In this document: piece by piece, positions 60,790-64,000 of the stretch
How the letters are laid out: every line of letters starts with the position of its first letter
Numbering within the stretch: the stretch's first letter is position 1
Assembly (NCBI RefSeq): GCF_009914755.1
Contig: NC_060938.1
Direction: 5' to 3' (one strand)
DNA length: 64,000 bases
From: the human T2T-CHM13v2.0 reference genome, Homo sapiens
Translations under genes and position numbers: made by a program
The notes under the pieces: generated by a model
Seen by the model: only the letters and a program-made list of their open reading frames with translations
The model's database searches: none
What the model was told of the DNA's origin: nothing

Positions 60790-62857
60790 GGTTTTAATTA
60801 TCTGAGATGTAACAATGTACCCATAACCTTACTGGCTTAAACCAGGAATTTATTCTTTTTACATGTCACAATTTTCTGGGTCAAGACACTGGACAGAGCG
60901 GTGTGGGTTGGTTGCTTCATGATGTCCCTGGTCTCATCTGGAAGGACTCTAGTGGCTGGAGATGTGAAGCAGGCACCCAGAAGGACTCTAGTGGCTGGGG
61001 ACATGGAGCAGGCACCCAGCCCTCTCTTTGTGGCCAGCACGGACTTCCTTCCAGTCTGGTAGCATCAGGTAGTCAGGTTTGTCTGGCTTCTCCCAGGGTG
61101 TGTGTCCAAGAGGCCCAGGCAGAAGCTGTAAGGTCTCTCATGATCATCCCTCAGAAGTCCCAGAGCATCTCTCCTGCCACACTGTCCAGTTGTACTCATC
61201 ACTGAGACCAGCCATGATTCAAGGGGGAAAGGTGATTAGATTCCACCTCTTGATGAGAAGCATAGTAGGAACCTGCAGCAGTCTTTAATAAACCACAGCT
61301 TGTCCTCTGGCCACAAACTATTAACGTTTCTCCCACATGCAAATTATGCTTTGCCCCTCTCAAGAGCCCCAGAATGGTTTTCCTTATGGCACTGGCTAGT
61401 AGCCCAACTGAATCCTGAATCAGGTTGTGGTGGCTTGTCATCTGCACCCACACACACTCAGCTGCAGTGAGGACTGAATCAGGTTGTGGTGGCCTGTCAT
61501 CTGACCCCCCACACACAGCCACAGTGGGGACTGAATCAGGTTGTTGTGAGCTATCATCTGAGCCCACAAACTTAGCCGCAGTGAGGGGACTGCTGTGAAA
61601 ACAGTCGACATTTCCCTTTAGAAGCTTTGGTGGGAGGCAAGAGGGAAGTGCTGCCCTGCAGGCCCCGTCTAACAGTTGGTCATTCCCATGGGGCGCCTGT
61701 TACAGTTCTGTGATTAGTGCCCAGTCCTGGTCCCTGAAAACGGCGCCCAGTCCTGGTCCCTGAGAATGGTGTTTGTGTCCTTTTACTCCTCCCTCTGGGC
61801 TTTTGTCATTCTCCATGTTCTTTTTCCTTCAGTGCCTGGGTTGCCGTTGACCAGCTTTCCCTGCCTTTTTCTTATGGTCAATAGGGTATTCAATGGCTTC
61901 TTTTTCATTTTTTTTCCTTTTCTTTTCTTTTCTTTTTTTTTACTTTGGCCTTTTGAGACAAGAAATTATTTCTTTATATTTTCTCTAAATTCTGTTTGAA
62001 AACTGAACCTTCTTCTTTAGATCATGTCCCTCTCCTGTCATATTTATTCAGTGACAGTTAGGGGAGGCTGGTAGCACTTTCCATGTTCTTCCCAGATGTC
62101 TCCTTAGGCAGATCCCTGAGATGGTGCAGTGCCCTTTCAGTTTCCATGTTGTGGCCATAGTTTTCCCACAGTCCCTCAGCAAGTAACTCTCAGACCTTTT
62201 CTCCAGTTTCCAATGACATTTTCTCACCGTCCTTCAGGCCCTGACCAAGAGTCTTGATGCCCTTCCAGGTTGCATGAATGGTCTCCTTGAGGCCCAGTTA
62301 CAGGTCAGCCTCACAGTCGTGTCACATATTGTAGCTTCTGATTACCACAGCAGCTCATTTCCAGCTGCCATATTCTGTTCCAGTTATCTATTCTGAAGTA
62401 AAACAACTCATTATTACTTGTTTTTTGGCTTAGAGAGTCTTGGTGGCCAGCTCATCTCACACACAGTTGCAGCCAAGCTGGATTGTGTGAAAGCACAGTG
62501 GGGTGGTGTGCAGGGTGGCTCACTAGTGGTTGGGAGTGGATGTTGCTGGAGGCTCACTAGTTGTTGGGAGTCGGTGTTGCTGGAGGCTCAGTGGGGGATG
62601 TCAATGCGTGTAGCTAGTCATGGACTGGCCTTGTGGTTTCCATCATGAGGTCTCAGGGGAGTGGGATTTCCTGCCTGGTGACTGGCTTTCTCCTGGGTAA
62701 GTGTTCTGTTTTCTCAGCCTGGCTTCTGAAGTCCCCAAATACCAGCTTTGTCACCTTCTGTTGGCCAAATAAGTCAGTAGTCTGGTCAAGGTTTAAGGGG
62801 AATTGGTTCTCACAGAGAGAGGAGCAGGAAAGAATTTGTCACCTTTAGTCTACCAGA
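60790..62857 (-). mobile_element. MLT1 (MLT1H-like) MaLR with two LTRs (~60790-61297, ~62375-62857) and internal region
   Basis: Two MLT1-type LTRs ending ...TAAACCACA and ...TCTACCAGA, flanking MLT-int-like sequence (CCTCTGGCCACAAAC..CTCCCACATGCAAA). Confidence 0.55.
61415..61590. repeat. ~58-bp tandem repeat x3
   Basis: TGAATCAGGTTGTGGTGGCYTGTCATCTG..CAGTG(A/G)GGAC three times. Confidence 0.85.
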
Positions 62858-62859
62858 AA

Positions 62860-63670
62860 TGAGATTTTTATAACAAGTTTATTCCAAATACATTCCAGTT
62901 CCCCTTGTGAATACTTTTTTGACTCACAGGGTATTTCAAAGTTTATTACTTGGTTTTCAGACATTTGAGGCTTTTCTGGATATCAATTTGCTGTTGGTTT
63001 CTAATTTAATTTCAAGTGTTCAGACAACATCCTTTGTATACTATTTCAGGCTTGAACCTTTTCTCAATCCATCGACATACAGTCTATCTTGGCACTGCCA
63101 AGTACCATTTGGGTCAGGATTTTGTCATTTAGATCCGTATTTTTCCTATATTTTTATCTGGTTGTTCCGTCAGTTACTGAGAGAGCAGTATTAATTCACC
63201 AGCTATAATTTTGGATTGTCAATTTCCTGCTTTTGTTCTGTTGTTTTTGATTCACATACTTTGAGGTTCTGTGTGTGTGTGTGTAGTTTGTGTGCACTTT
63301 GAGGCACAATTTATAATTGTAACATCATCCTCTCTGATTCTTTTATTTTTATTAAATTACCCTGTTTATTTCTGGTGATATATTTTGTTCTGAAGCCTCT
63401 TTCATCTAGTGTTAACATCTCTGTTGAAGCTTTTTATGATTAGTGTCTGGATAGCATATTTTTATGTTTAGCATCTGCATAGCATATTTTTTCTCATACT
63501 TTGTGTCTTTGTGTTTAAATTGTGTCTCTGTGGATGCCATATTGTTGGGTCTTGCCTTCCTCTCAGGTCTGGCAGTCTCTGTCTTAAGTAGAGTATTTGT
63601 CCACTTACATTGTAACTAATCATTGCTAAGGTTGGATTTAGGTCTGCCATTTTTCTACTTATTTTCTATT
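62860..63670 (-). mobile_element. Old L1M ORF2 endonuclease remnant
   Basis: ORF 63468-63650(-) MADLNPTLAMISYNVSG..RQRLPD resembles the L1 ORF2p N-terminus. Confidence 0.65.
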
Positions 63671-63681
63671 TGTTTGTTTAT

Positions 63682-63967
63682 TTTTTTTAAGACAGGGTCT
63701 TGTTCTGTCACCCAGTCTGTAGTGCAATGGTGCAATCTTGGCTCACTGCAACCTCTGCCTCCCAGGCCCAACCAATCCTCACTTGAGCCCCCTGAGTAGC
63801 TGGGACTACAAGTGCATGGCACCACACCTGGCTAATTTTTATATTTTTGTAGAGATAGGGTTTTGCCATGTTGCACAGGCTGGTCTTGAACTACTGAGCT
63901 CAAGCAATCTACCCACCTTGGCCTCCCAAAGTGTTCAGATTACAGGCATGAGCCACCATGCCTGGCC
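63682..63967 (-). mobile_element. AluJ
   Basis: Antisense Alu with J diagnostics. Confidence 0.88.
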
Positions 63968-64000
63968 TTCGTCTGTCTTTTGATCTTCTATATATTCTTT

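Overview
Primate (human-type) genomic DNA, almost entirely interspersed repeats, with abrupt junctions that suggest a segmental-duplication mosaic. I see no intact host protein-coding gene, RNA gene or CRISPR array. In order, the window holds: old L1M/LTR/DNA-transposon debris (1-14.7 kb); a HERV-K(HML-1)/LTR14A provirus interrupted in its dUTPase by a deleted HERV-K(HML-3)/MER9 provirus, both lacking 3' LTRs (14.8-20.6 kb); a MER4-group ERV1 internal region with an env remnant, interrupted by Alus and by a 5.27-kb L1PA7-like element whose 5'UTR has been spliced out (27790-33055); an L1MA; a CpG-island promoter with adjacent NRF1-like/YY1/ETS motifs (41.2-41.8 kb), probably driving a + strand lncRNA; a solo LTR6B; a complete minus-strand MER57 provirus (45044-59360, GTTC TSD, perfect tRNA-Leu PBS) containing a 36-copy 35-bp minisatellite, a full-length L1PA3-like element with open ORF0, a MER52A LTR and Alus; and an MLT1 element. 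I found no self-evident new biological system. The best leads are (1) a spliced L1 retrocopy using an acceptor inside the 129-bp ZNF93-target segment, (2) an ERV-derived minisatellite forming a dense SOX + CRE-like motif array near the promoter, and (3) an inverted paralogous Alu+flank duplication within the window. Repeat subfamily names come from recalled consensus sequences and should be confirmed with RepeatMasker/Dfam; boundaries of old elements are approximate.
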